From positions 36,000 through 99,999 of the forward strand of contig NTJP01000005.1 in assembly GCA_002457145.1 (NCBI GenBank): DNA of 64,000 nucleotides, written 5' to 3'. This document shows positions 39,001 to 49,567 of the stretch, piece by piece. Under the pieces are notes generated by a model. It had not been told where the DNA came from, did not search any database, and saw only the letters and a list, made by a program, of their open reading frames with translations. Made by a program: the position numbers and the translations under genes. The stretch's first letter is position 1, and each line of letters begins with the position of its first letter. The stretch is from Marine Group II euryarchaeote MED-G38. GTDB taxonomy: Archaea > Thermoplasmatota > Poseidoniia > Poseidoniales > Thalassarchaeaceae.

Positions 39001-40206
39001 ATGATTTATAATTATGATGTAGTAGTAATAGGGGCAGGACCGATTGGAGGTTACCTCTCCAAAAATCTTTCTGAGCTTGGCCATAGTGTACTATTAATTG
39101 AAGAGCATGCAGAAATAGGTAGACCATTTCAATGTGCAGGATTGGTTAACCCAGGAGCAATGGAAAAAGTCAATTTAGAAGAAACTGCACTGACTAGAAT
39201 TTGGGGGGCAAGACTACATAGTCCTTCGGGTTCTTTTATAGAGATAGGAGATCCTTCCATAACTAGAACCTGGTCAGTATGTAGGAAATTATTCGATGAG
39301 CAGGTGGTGATACAATCAATTAAATCCGGAACTGATTTGTGGTTGTCGAGCAATCCAATATCGGCAGTTGTAAAAGAAGATTATGTGGATTTAATTATAA
39401 ATGTAGATGGTTCAAAAACAGAAGTAAGAACCAAATTATTATGTGGAGCCGATGGTGCACACTCGTGGGTAAGACGGTATTTCAAAATGGGACGGCCGAA
39501 AGAGATGATGATCGGTTTACAAATAGAAGTTACCGGATATGAATCTCAAGACGGCCGTTTGGAATTATTTACCGGAGATAATATATCACCAGGTTTTTTT
39601 TCTTGGGCGATTCCTTCAGGAGATACTACTAGGATTGGAGTGTGGAGTAAACCAAATTTACTTGGTGAAGAATCATGTGAAAATTTCTTAAATAATTTAA
39701 TGAATAATTCTCCATGGAAAAATAAATTTTCTGAGTGTAAAGAGGTTGGTAGATTTTGTGGGCCAGTTCCCAGCGGGATATTGAAAAAGACAATGATAGA
39801 AAGAGTAGCATTATTTGGAGATGCAGCCGGAATTTGTAAACCTACCACTGGAGGAGGCATTGGCCCCGGGTTTAAGCAAGTAGATATTTTGGTTCCCTTA
39901 TTAAGTAAAGCAATTTCAGACAATAAATTATCAAACAAGAAAATGATACAAATGTCTAATAGTTTAAATGAAATGAAAAGAAATCATAGAAGAAAAAGAG
40001 CGCTAAGAGATGCATTTCTAACAGAAGTGAGCCAAGAAGAATTGGATAACATTTTTGAAATTTGGTCAAGACCTGAAGTGATTAAATTAATAAATGAATT
40101 AGGAGATATAGAAAATCCTATTCCTTTAGGGCTGAGAATGTTAAAGGATGTTCCGGAATTTAGAAAATTTGCAAAAAAAGCTGCAATGGCTATTTTATGG
40201 GGATAA
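39001..40206 (+). CDS. Geranylgeranyl reductase family FAD oxidoreductase
   Basis: DVVVIGAGPIG, IGRPFQCAGL, GADG, FSWAIP and GDAAGICKPTTGGGI. Confidence 0.9.
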   Translation: MIYNYDVVVIGAGPIGGYLSKNLSELGHSVLLIEEHAEIGRPFQCAGLVNPGAMEKVNLEETALTRIWGARLHSPSGSFIEIGDPSITRTWSVCRKLFDEQVVIQSIKSGTDLWLSSNPISAVVKEDYVDLIINVDGSKTEVRTKLLCGADGAHSWVRRYFKMGRPKEMMIGLQIEVTGYESQDGRLELFTGDNISPGFFSWAIPSGDTTRIGVWSKPNLLGEESCENFLNNLMNNSPWKNKFSECKEVGRFCGPVPSGILKKTMIERVALFGDAAGICKPTTGGGIGPGFKQVDILVPLLSKAISDNKLSNKKMIQMSNSLNEMKRNHRRKRALRDAFLTEVSQEELDNIFEIWSRPEVIKLINELGDIENPIPLGLRMLKDVPEFRKFAKKAAMAILWG

Positions 40207-41297
40207 ATATGAATAAGTATATTCAAAAAATAAGATATCCGCCCTTTGAATATTCACATGTGAATGCAAATAAAGTTCCCTTAATTGAAGTCGTTATAGA
40301 ATCTGAATGTGAATTGGATAATGAATTTAAGATAGGTGAAGAAGATTCTTGGTATGTTGAATGGAGTAAATTTAGAGAAGAAAATGGTAATAATCTAACT
40401 AAAATAGAATGTGAAGTGAAGAAAGATGTTTTACCCTTTTTAATGAAGACAAGAAATGGTTGGTATATTAGTCCCGACCCATTACATCAAATTTCAAGAA
40501 AAATTATTCCTCCGACAGTAATTATTCTAATTTTATCAATATTAATTCATGCTACTGAACCAGGATTATTGGAATTAGGGATTATTTCTAATTCATTCGC
40601 TGGATCTTATCGTTTAGGCCCGTTAGACTATCCAAAATTACTATTATTCTCTTTCCCTATTTTTTTATTGCCTATATTTTTTCGAATGATTGCAAACATG
40701 AGAGATATTTCAAAACAGAATAATTTTAAAAAAAATCCATTAAAGGCTCCGGAAATAAATATATCAAAGGGGATTAATACTATCACTATAATTATAAACA
40801 ACATTCCAGAAAAAATTAAACTAAAAAAAGCTAGATTACAGGTCGGTGTTGCTGTTCCTGAAAGAGAGAAAATATTGAATGCTCTTGGAAGAACTGAGGG
40901 GAAACAACCTGCCCCCGGAATGTCTACTAAACCACCAGAAAAAAGAATAAGTACTGGAGATGAAATTGGTACTGGCGTAGGAGAAGCAACGCCTATGGCG
41001 GTTACACACAGAAGGTCGTTGATGTTAGAGTCATTGAGAGTTCTAGATTCAGGAGACTGGGTAAAAATTAATCAAATTGGTAGTCAAATGATATTAAAAG
41101 GGCCAAAAGAATGTTGGCCGAGTTCCATTTATTCATCTTTAATTACCATACATTGGGAACTTATGATAGAAGCCATAAAAGACGACGGTACAAAAATGAA
41201 ATGGGTAAGGCCGGTAATAATGAAATCAGAAAATAGTAATATAAATATTTCAAAACTACCAGTTAGGAGCGGAAGAATTGAAATGTCGGATTACTAG
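40197..41297 (+). CDS. Hypothetical membrane protein (two TM helices plus a soluble domain)
   Basis: ORF coupled to GGR; the start may be ATG 40209. Confidence 0.75.
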   Translation: MGINMNKYIQKIRYPPFEYSHVNANKVPLIEVVIESECELDNEFKIGEEDSWYVEWSKFREENGNNLTKIECEVKKDVLPFLMKTRNGWYISPDPLHQISRKIIPPTVIILILSILIHATEPGLLELGIISNSFAGSYRLGPLDYPKLLLFSFPIFLLPIFFRMIANMRDISKQNNFKKNPLKAPEINISKGINTITIIINNIPEKIKLKKARLQVGVAVPEREKILNALGRTEGKQPAPGMSTKPPEKRISTGDEIGTGVGEATPMAVTHRRSLMLESLRVLDSGDWVKINQIGSQMILKGPKECWPSSIYSSLITIHWELMIEAIKDDGTKMKWVRPVIMKSENSNINISKLPVRSGRIEMSDY

Positions 41298-42460
41298 TTT
41301 TGCACTGGTATTATTGCTGAGATATTATTATCTGGAGTAACAATAACAGGTATTAAATTGTATTCCGAATCACGTTTACTGGGAATAAAACCTGCCCGTA
41401 AAATTGTTCTCTGAAGCTCTATTTCATTTGCCTGAGTTTTATCAGTACCAGATGCAGAGACAACGTTTTCTTCCATCATAGTTGAACCGGCATCATCCGC
41501 TCCAGCAAAAAAAGCCATTTGGGCTATTCCCAGTCCCATTGTAGGCCATGATGCTTGGATATGATCTATATTATCGAAAAATAATCTAGAAATCGCAACA
41601 TGTCTCAAATATTCTTTGGGCCCTGTTTCTAACTCTAACCTATTATTTCCTTTATTTCTTTTTCCAAAAACATTATTCTCTAACTGAACTGGCCAAGATA
41701 TGAAGGAAGTAAAACCAAGAAAACCATTTTTGATAGTTGAGTCTTGTAACTTTCTAATTTTGTCCATATGAGATATTCTATCACCGTTAGTTTCGCCAAA
41801 TCCTATTACATTAGTTGCTGAAGTAACTAGCCCCAAAGATTGTGCTTCTTCCATTATTCTCAACCAATTTTCAGAGCCGCCTTTTTTTGGAGATATATCC
41901 AACCTAATATCATCAACTAATAATTCAGCACCTCCGCCAGGTAAACCATGTAATCCTACGTTTTTCATTTTTTCAAGTACTTCGAATGTAGATAAATTGC
42001 AAACTTCAGCTATTCCTTCAATTTCAATTGGAGAGAAACAATCTAACTCTATTGATGGATGGTTTTTTCTAAGACTTTTTATTAAATCAAGATACCAATT
42101 TAATTCTAAATCAGGATTAACACCTCCTTGCATTAAAATTCTTGATCCTCCTATTTGTTCCAATTCACTAATTCTAGTGCTAATTTCTTGGAATGTTTGA
42201 GTGTAAGTTTCGGAATGGCCAGGTGGCCTATAGAAAGAGCAAAATTGACAGTTGATAGTACAAATATTTGTATAATTAATATTCCTATCTACTAGATATG
42301 TTATTTTGTTTCCTGGCACTTGTTTTCTTCTACGAGATAATGCAGCATCCATCAAATCGTTTAAGTCTGATTCATCATAAAGAATATTAGCATCTTTAAT
42401 TGTAAGTCTAGGAGGATTAGCAGAGATTTGTTCTTTAAGTATATTTTTCCAATTTGTCAG
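41294..42460 (-). CDS. mqnC: Radical SAM protein of the MqnC/CofH family (probably cyclic dehypoxanthine futalosine synthase)
   Basis: TYLVDRNINYTNICTINCQFCSFYR, LPGGGAELL, FTSFISWP and GSTMMEENVVSASG. The frame stays open 35 codons beyond the tracked start, up to CTG 42460. Confidence 0.82.
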   Translation of the reverse strand: MTNWKNILKEQISANPPRLTIKDANILYDESDLNDLMDAALSRRRKQVPGNKITYLVDRNINYTNICTINCQFCSFYRPPGHSETYTQTFQEISTRISELEQIGGSRILMQGGVNPDLELNWYLDLIKSLRKNHPSIELDCFSPIEIEGIAEVCNLSTFEVLEKMKNVGLHGLPGGGAELLVDDIRLDISPKKGGSENWLRIMEEAQSLGLVTSATNVIGFGETNGDRISHMDKIRKLQDSTIKNGFLGFTSFISWPVQLENNVFGKRNKGNNRLELETGPKEYLRHVAISRLFFDNIDHIQASWPTMGLGIAQMAFFAGADDAGSTMMEENVVSASGTDKTQANEIELQRTILRAGFIPSKRDSEYNLIPVIVTPDNNISAIIPVQN

Positions 42461-42461
42461 A

Positions 42462-43853
42462 TTAATTCCCTCCTCTAATTATATTCTCTATTTCATCAAC
42501 TTCTTTTGGACAGTTAGTTAAAATCACGGGACCATCATTTGTAATCAAAATATCATCTTCTACTCTAATGCCGATTCCAGCATATTTTGATGGAAAATTA
42601 ATATCTGTGCGCCAATCAGCAAAATATAATCCGGGTTCAACAGTCAGGACCATACCTGCTTCTAATCTTCGTCCATGTTCTTCATTATTAGGAGAAATTA
42701 TGCCAACATCATGTACATCTAGGCCCAAAGAATGACTAGTTCCATGCATGAAAAAGTTTCTGAATGGGCCATCATAATTATCCCCCAATGCTTCTTCTAG
42801 AGTGCATTCAAGTATTCCTAATTGTATCAATCCTTTTGCGATAACTTTGGAAGCAGCATAATGTGAAGATTTCCAATTATTTCCTACCTGGCATGCTTTA
42901 ATACCTGCTAATTCAGCATCTAAAACTAGTTCGTAGATTTCTCGTTGTTCTTTGGAAAACTTACCATTTATTGGCCAAGTTCTAGTTATATCTGATGCAT
43001 AACCATCTATTTCACATCCAGCGTCAATTAAGACCAAGTCACTATCATTTATCAAAGAATTATTAGATGTATAATGTAAAATTGTTCCATTAGACCCTCC
43101 TCCAACAATAGAGCCGTAACTGCATCTACTCTTATTAGAAATAAAGTGGCTTTCTATAATTGCCTGTATATCCCATTCTGCATCTCCTAATTTAGATTTT
43201 GACATTGCATTATAATGCGCTTGAGAAGCTATATCCGATGCTTTTTGCATTATTTCAATTTCTTTATTAGATTTAATAAGTCTTAATTCATCTAATATGT
43301 ATGAAGGATCTCCTATACTTACTGGACCCTTTCCATTAGTATTTCTCTTTCTGGATTTATTCGTTAATGAATGATTAATTAAGTTATCCAGCTTAGAATT
43401 TAGACCTTGAATAATGAATACATTTTTTGATTCATTAACTAAATCCTGAATGGCATCAAAACTATTTGTAATTGAATAAGCATTATTAACGGGCAAATAT
43501 TTCATAGCATTTTTAACACCTATTCTTCGACCTTCCCATATCTCTGCTAGATGGTCATTTGGTTGAACATAAATAGCGGTAGTCCAAGAGCCAGATAGGT
43601 TAGAGCTGACAAAAATTGCTTCAGGATATCTCCAGCCACATAAGTATAACATGTATGAATTTGCCCTGTATGGGAAATTTGTATCATTTGATCTTTTTGC
43701 ATATGGATTACTGGGGATTATCACAATACTATTTTCAGGTAGTTGAGAATGTAATTTAGACTGACGCGCATGATATTCATCTACTTCAAAAGGCAGAGTT
43801 AATATGTCATCCACATTTATATCTGGAATACTCCCATTAATAGGTGTATTCAT
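42462..43853 (-). CDS. pepP: Xaa-Pro aminopeptidase (aminopeptidase P)
   Basis: EIWEGRRIG, LRLIKS, LIDAGCE, YASDITRTWP, HGTSHSLGLDVHD, TVEPGLY and GIRVEDD. Confidence 0.95.
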   Translation of the reverse strand: MNTPINGSIPDINVDDILTLPFEVDEYHARQSKLHSQLPENSIVIIPSNPYAKRSNDTNFPYRANSYMLYLCGWRYPEAIFVSSNLSGSWTTAIYVQPNDHLAEIWEGRRIGVKNAMKYLPVNNAYSITNSFDAIQDLVNESKNVFIIQGLNSKLDNLINHSLTNKSRKRNTNGKGPVSIGDPSYILDELRLIKSNKEIEIMQKASDIASQAHYNAMSKSKLGDAEWDIQAIIESHFISNKSRCSYGSIVGGGSNGTILHYTSNNSLINDSDLVLIDAGCEIDGYASDITRTWPINGKFSKEQREIYELVLDAELAGIKACQVGNNWKSSHYAASKVIAKGLIQLGILECTLEEALGDNYDGPFRNFFMHGTSHSLGLDVHDVGIISPNNEEHGRRLEAGMVLTVEPGLYFADWRTDINFPSKYAGIGIRVEDDILITNDGPVILTNCPKEVDEIENIIRGGN

Positions 43854-43871
43854 AAGAAATATATACAAAAA

Positions 43872-45359
43872 TTACCATTTAGGAATTTTTTCTTCATTAA
43901 CACTATATCTTTTATATAATCCATATGATACAAATAATAGAGAAAACAGTAAAAGGGCGAGTGCGAAATAAGTACTATTCCTTGATGAGTCTGATGTGAT
44001 AATCACAGATATTTGTGAAATAATATTATCGTTATCTGAAACTTCAAGAGACAATGTAAACTCTTTCGATTCTACAGAATCTGGCCATGAAAAAGTTCTA
44101 ACACAGCCTTCATAAAAAGGTACATTATTAACTTTCCAAATACAACTTAATGAGTTTATATCATTTTCTGTATCGGTCGACCCAGATGCATCTAATTCTA
44201 ATTCCTCATCAGCAAGTAGTTCAATTGATTCACCATTAAATACTTCTAATTGATTGATAGATAATCTAGCTACGGGGGCCATATTAATTATAGAAAAAGA
44301 TATCGAAGACGAATTACTAAGTCCGCATTCATCAGTAACTGTTAGAATTAAAGTATAATTACCCGCATTAAGTTCGTTAATTAAAAAAGTTCTTTCATCA
44401 CTTCCTGATGTAACATTTCTTACTTCCATGTGAAATTTATCGTCATTGATATTTGGAATTATCTGACTAAGAACCCATACAAAATTTAGATTTGCACGAC
44501 CAAAGAATGGATCTGAAGAAATACTGCCATCAAATAAAATCGGGTCAAACCCTTCTAAAATAATTAAATTATTTTGGGCTTGTATTTCTGAAGATGGTGC
44601 ATTATTATCTATCTTTACAAAAGAGCAATGCAATTTAGAATTTAGTTGTTCGGAATCAATTATAATATTAGACCATGTATATAATGAATAATAACCATCT
44701 TTAAGGTCGGATATATCTAGACTAGACTGGAATGTATTTGAATCTTGGTAAGGAGATATTAGTTTAATTGAATTAGTTAAAATTTGAGATATTTCAACAT
44801 CACATGATGCTGCGTTTGAATTGGTTTGGAAAATATTCCAGTAGACATCGGGAAGATAACCATTCGGTGACCACGAACTTCCATAAATAGGAATATTTCC
44901 TGAGAATAAATTATTTTCGGACTGTTTAGATAGTATAAAGGCAGGATTGAATATTTGTTCAGTAGATGAATAAAAAATTGGTTTTATTATCGATTGAGGA
45001 ATTTCAGATTCTAAAGTAACTGTTAGATAGCAGGTGCAATCAATTCCATAGGATGAAAAATCTAAGAATATTTCCCACTGATAGGTTGGATTCTGTAAAC
45101 TTTCCGATAAAAAGTCAAGTGATAGTTCTCCAGTATCTATAATAACGTTTGAGGATTCAAGTTGCCATGTTATCATTATTGAAATTTCACTAGAAGTAGC
45201 GAAACCAGATACTATTGTAGAATTATCAACTTCTGAAGGAGAATTTGAGTTAAAGGAAATACTTTGATATAAACCGTCATCTTCCGCATTTACTTCATTT
45301 AATATTGGATTTGTTACATTCAGAAATAAGAAAATCATAAATAATCTTACATATTTCAT
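43872..45359 (-). CDS. Surface protein with PKD/Ig-like domains and C-terminal TM anchor
   Basis: Signal peptide; FDGSISSDP..FVW..AGNYTLILTVTD and LDASGSTD..LEVSD; C-terminal TM followed by IPKW. Confidence 0.82.
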   Translation of the reverse strand: MKYVRLFMIFLFLNVTNPILNEVNAEDDGLYQSISFNSNSPSEVDNSTIVSGFATSSEISIMITWQLESSNVIIDTGELSLDFLSESLQNPTYQWEIFLDFSSYGIDCTCYLTVTLESEIPQSIIKPIFYSSTEQIFNPAFILSKQSENNLFSGNIPIYGSSWSPNGYLPDVYWNIFQTNSNAASCDVEISQILTNSIKLISPYQDSNTFQSSLDISDLKDGYYSLYTWSNIIIDSEQLNSKLHCSFVKIDNNAPSSEIQAQNNLIILEGFDPILFDGSISSDPFFGRANLNFVWVLSQIIPNINDDKFHMEVRNVTSGSDERTFLINELNAGNYTLILTVTDECGLSNSSSISFSIINMAPVARLSINQLEVFNGESIELLADEELELDASGSTDTENDINSLSCIWKVNNVPFYEGCVRTFSWPDSVESKEFTLSLEVSDNDNIISQISVIITSDSSRNSTYFALALLLFSLLFVSYGLYKRYSVNEEKIPKW

Positions 45360-45410
45360 GTTTTTGGGACGTAAGGCATATTTAATTAAACCAGTGTATT
45401 ACTGATTACT

Positions 45411-46472
45411 TCATCTTTCAGAAATTTGCATGCGCCATGATAAGTCATCAAGCCATAATGAAAGTGAGTCCTTAGAGATAAATTCCTTAGAAGTTGCTGC
45501 TGATAATATGCAGTCACAGGCTGCAGATGCTAAAGTAACTGATTCTTGTAATTTAAGACCATTGCCCAGAGATATAGCCAAAGCGGCTGCAGCTGCATCA
45601 TGGAGGCCAATTTGTTGTTCTGGTGAGCTTGCATTACAGGGAAAATATATATCTTCATCATTATTTGTGTAAAGAGTCATGCCTTCTATTCCACCAAGAA
45701 CTAGTAGAGAACCCCAACCATAATTGTCGATGAGATATTGGGCGGTTGCTTTACTATCAACTAGGTCTAAACGACGTTGTAATAATTCTAAACCTCTTAT
45801 CTCAAATAATACAATTGTAGCTCCTCTACTCTTCTCAAGTCCAGTTAATTTTGGATCTACAATAATCGGAATTTTTTTCATTTTAGCCTTTTCAATTAAA
45901 TCTAATGCCCCTTCTGTAGAAATTACGCCTTTATCATAATCTGAAATAACTAAAACGTTGCTGTTATCTAAAGAATTCATTGCTTTTGAAACTAATTCAG
46001 AACTAATATCCCTAGATAAGGGAATTAAAGACCCTCTATCTGCCTGTAGAAGTATCTGACTATTTTTTAATAGACTCTCTCGGCTACCATAAAATCTTAT
46101 TTTAGTAAGAGTTTTATGATCATCAATAACTAAAATATTAGAAACATCAACACCGGTTAAAGATAGTTTTGTTAAGATAGATTTACCTTCCAAATCATTA
46201 CCTACACATGAAAAAAAATCTAATGACATTCCAAGAGAATTCAAACTTAAAGCTATGTGAGCAGCAGCACCTGGAGACTCCTCGGAATCTGTTATTTTTA
46301 GGACTGGAACTGGTGCCGTAGATGTTAGATTATTTGCAAATCCATGATGGTATCTATCTAACATAATATCTCCAATTAGCGTTACTCTGGATTTATTAGT
46401 TTTATTTAGTAAATTTCTTAATTTTTTTAGTGTTTTAGATTTCAAATCTTGCCCCGGGTCCATTTTAATCAA
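45411..46472 (-). CDS. PfkB/RfaE(HldE)-kinase-like carbohydrate kinase
   Basis: LIGDIMLDRY, APVPVL, PGAAAH, TLTKIR, ISDYDKGV and IVDPK. Confidence 0.82.
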   Translation of the reverse strand: MIKMDPGQDLKSKTLKKLRNLLNKTNKSRVTLIGDIMLDRYHHGFANNLTSTAPVPVLKITDSEESPGAAAHIALSLNSLGMSLDFFSCVGNDLEGKSILTKLSLTGVDVSNILVIDDHKTLTKIRFYGSRESLLKNSQILLQADRGSLIPLSRDISSELVSKAMNSLDNSNVLVISDYDKGVISTEGALDLIEKAKMKKIPIIVDPKLTGLEKSRGATIVLFEIRGLELLQRRLDLVDSKATAQYLIDNYGWGSLLVLGGIEGMTLYTNNDEDIYFPCNASSPEQQIGLHDAAAAALAISLGNGLKLQESVTLASAACDCILSAATSKEFISKDSLSLWLDDLSWRMQISER

Positions 46473-46546
46473 TCAGCCGTGAGAGTCATTACGAATGATA
46501 TTTGGGGGAACCAATGGTATGAAATCATGAACATATACCCGTAAAC

Positions 46547-47569
46547 ATGGAGTCGGATATGGGAGGATGGGAATATAAGGGCTCAGCTTCTAATAGATTG
46601 TGGCATAAATCCGCTTTGGGGAAAGTAATCTCTGAAGAAATCTTATACTTGACAGATGCAGAAGTTATTTTTTGTCATGAGCATAGAAATATTCAATTGC
46701 CATATGAAGAATGGATCACAGAATGCATAAAGAGAAATCCTTCGATTTTAGATGAATACACAATTCTGGAGTCTTTAAGAAAACCTGGTAACAAGATAAT
46801 GATTACTGAAAATGCTGATTTGTATAATTTTAAGGAAGAATATAATACTTGGGGCCTAAGATGGCCTTCTGATATTCATCCTAGAGATGGAGAGCCAATT
46901 GCTGAAATAAGATGGTTTCACTCGTCAGAGAAATTAGATATAGAAGAGATTTTTTCTTGGGCATCCAATATAAGAGATAAGAATAGGATTGCTGAAATAT
47001 TAATAATTGATAATGAATTATCTGTAGTTACTTACAGAATAGAAATAATTAATCCAAAAGGTAATTTGATTATTCCAACTTTGAAAGATTATATTGAAAT
47101 AGAATCTATTGAAGAAAAAATTAAACTCAATAATGATAATATATTTATTCCAAATAATATCGAATGGAAACATGAAAATATAGGAATTCCCTACTCAAAT
47201 GGAAGAATATTAGATGGCGACACAAAAAGAATGATATATAATATTACTAATCAAAAAGAACATGAGATGGATATTTCAGAAAGTATAATTTATGATTTAC
47301 TAAAAAAAGGACTTCATCCAAGGCCAGGTTTCAAGTATGGATCTAAATGGAGATGTTATGAAACTGGTATTGAAGAAGATCACGCGCCATGGTTAGTTGT
47401 TCATCCTGATGATGGCCCTAAAAACTGGGAGGAAGCATGTTTAATCTCAAGACTTACAGCAGGAGTGAATAAAAAGTGGCTATTTCCAATAATGAAAGAT
47501 AATTGGTTTTATGTGTCAATAACTAGACCACCAGCAGATTCAAGGTGGAATAACCCCATCAGAAGATGA
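46547..47569 (+). CDS. endA: tRNA-splicing endonuclease (two-unit, alpha2-like)
   Basis: C-terminal unit YDLLKKGLHPRPGFKYGSKWRCY..HAPWLV..RLTAGVNKK (Tyr/His/Lys triad); degenerate N-terminal unit. Confidence 0.85.
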   Translation: MESDMGGWEYKGSASNRLWHKSALGKVISEEILYLTDAEVIFCHEHRNIQLPYEEWITECIKRNPSILDEYTILESLRKPGNKIMITENADLYNFKEEYNTWGLRWPSDIHPRDGEPIAEIRWFHSSEKLDIEEIFSWASNIRDKNRIAEILIIDNELSVVTYRIEIINPKGNLIIPTLKDYIEIESIEEKIKLNNDNIFIPNNIEWKHENIGIPYSNGRILDGDTKRMIYNITNQKEHEMDISESIIYDLLKKGLHPRPGFKYGSKWRCYETGIEEDHAPWLVVHPDDGPKNWEEACLISRLTAGVNKKWLFPIMKDNWFYVSITRPPADSRWNNPIRR

Positions 47570-49534
47570 TTTATTTTTTATGGATTTATTCCCTATTAGA
47601 GATAATGCAGCTAAAATACAAATTATGAATATTCCGTTAGAAGGTTGTGAAATCCAAGGTAGGATACCTTTCCCTATAAAAGGAGATTCGCTTTGTAATA
47701 TAATAGGAATTCTTTCTTCCATTGAATTAGAATCTGTAAGTATCAAATCTCCTTTAGCAATCATGCCTTGTTTCAGTAATCCATTTGGAGATACTGCAAT
47801 AACTATGGGGTCACCAGGGCTAATATTTCCCTGAGTTATGGGTGTACAAATCCTACTTATAGCACCGGATAATGAAATTGTATATATTCTTGAACCGTTA
47901 CCTATAAATTCAGGATGAAGAATTACTTCTGAATCTTCATCCCATGGAATGATTGTTTCTATGGTATCATTACTTATCTTGTGACCAACTTTAATCCAAT
48001 CAAGATCAATATCTAATAGATTAGAATTTTTACATCCCATTTGGCCCCTTAAATGACCTTTGGATTGAGAAAATATGGATGAATTAATAATTTCAATAAT
48101 ATTCTTGCCTGGAATAATATCAATATATTTAGTGATATAATTTCCCTGTGAATTTAAATTTATATACAACTCACATTCTTCTTCTGCCTCTACTATTGCA
48201 TAGGATTTATCATTAGGCAGTAATAGAATTGGAGTTCTTGGAGTAAGTATTTCTAAATTTTCAATGGGTTGGTTTACGAATGAAATGGTAGCTTCATTCC
48301 AAGAGCCATTCTCAGAGATATTTGCATTTATAATCGATGCTGCCCATGTTACTAATCGACCTCTATTATCTCTAATTTGGACGCCCTCGTTTCCAAAAGA
48401 ATCTCCTAACGAAAATAAATCTCCAACCTCGCCAGAATTTCTTCCCCTAATCAATGCGTCATTACCATCGGCTTCTATGATTTTAACCCAAGCCACTTCT
48501 GGATCTATATTCACAAGGTTATTATCTAAATTACCATTATTCTTATCTTGATATTCTACTAAAATACCTGACCCAGGAAGTTCGGAATCGAAACCACCTG
48601 AGCGTAAGGAAATATGTATTTTCTCATTGGGTGCAATATCAATAGTAATTGAGTTTCCTCCTGAAGATAATGGGTAAATTGAAACCGAATTATCATTTGG
48701 TATAACATTGAAAGATCTTTGAGAACCAATTAATTCCAGAGTAGATGCACTAGGTAACGCAGGCACCATTCCATCACCATTCCAGTTACCACTTGCCATA
48801 ATATCCCAATCTCCAAGACCGTTCCAATTAGAAGTAGGAGTATCACTGTGAACATCATATAAATCGACCGCTCCCATTTGATGCAACATTTCGTGCATTA
48901 AAGTTCCTAAACCTGAAGATAGTGAAACCAAAGTATAATGCTCAACTGACCACTTAGAAATTTCTATTGGTTCATCGAGTCCTGAAAAATGACTCCAAAT
49001 AGATGACGATTGTCCATTAGATTCTTGTGCAGATCCAGAATGTAATATTAATAACCTGTCTAAAGTACCATCATTATTAAGATCCCATTTAGATAAATCG
49101 ATATCATTTAATAGATATGGGACTGAACTATGAATTAAATCTTGGATTCCATTTTCAACACCTACATCCCTTCCATCCTGGGAATCTTGACCCCAAAATG
49201 AATCTGATTTTGGTGAATCCCAAGATTCTTCGATAATTGTAACGTTTAATGAAGAGTTTTTATTTAAAGATTTGATATATTTTTCAGCAGAGTAAGGGCC
49301 TTCAAATAATTTATTCAATTCATTGGAGTCAAATGGTTTATTTGGGAATGAAATCTTTAAAATTAGCCATTCTTCATTATCTTGTAAGTTTAATAAATCA
49401 TGATTAGAATTATGTATATGATTTCTTTCTAATGCGTCATCGACGTAATTAGGGTTACTGTATGACAATAGGCCAACGATTAATAGTAAAAGAGCGAATA
49501 CTACTCTAACCTTGCCCATATACGCACGAGACAT
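47540..49534 (-). CDS. Membrane-anchored M6 / immune inhibitor A metalloprotease
   Basis: DLNNDGTLDRLLILHSG, IWSH, HEMLHQMGAVDLYD and WDIMASGNWNG; N- and C-terminal TMs. Confidence 0.9.
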   Translation of the reverse strand: MSRAYMGKVRVVFALLLLIVGLLSYSNPNYVDDALERNHIHNSNHDLLNLQDNEEWLILKISFPNKPFDSNELNKLFEGPYSAEKYIKSLNKNSSLNVTIIEESWDSPKSDSFWGQDSQDGRDVGVENGIQDLIHSSVPYLLNDIDLSKWDLNNDGTLDRLLILHSGSAQESNGQSSSIWSHFSGLDEPIEISKWSVEHYTLVSLSSGLGTLMHEMLHQMGAVDLYDVHSDTPTSNWNGLGDWDIMASGNWNGDGMVPALPSASTLELIGSQRSFNVIPNDNSVSIYPLSSGGNSITIDIAPNEKIHISLRSGGFDSELPGSGILVEYQDKNNGNLDNNLVNIDPEVAWVKIIEADGNDALIRGRNSGEVGDLFSLGDSFGNEGVQIRDNRGRLVTWAASIINANISENGSWNEATISFVNQPIENLEILTPRTPILLLPNDKSYAIVEAEEECELYINLNSQGNYITKYIDIIPGKNIIEIINSSIFSQSKGHLRGQMGCKNSNLLDIDLDWIKVGHKISNDTIETIIPWDEDSEVILHPEFIGNGSRIYTISLSGAISRICTPITQGNISPGDPIVIAVSPNGLLKQGMIAKGDLILTDSNSMEERIPIILQSESPFIGKGILPWISQPSNGIFIICILAALSLIGNKSIKNKSSSDGVIPP

Positions 49535-49567
49535 TATTGGGATTTTAATTAGATGTAAAGATGCATC

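Noticed and set aside
41294-42460. CofH (F420 synthesis) assignment
   Set aside because: TYLVDRNINYTN and GSTMMEENVVS fit MqnC better and no cofG is adjacent; not fully excluded without a phylogeny.
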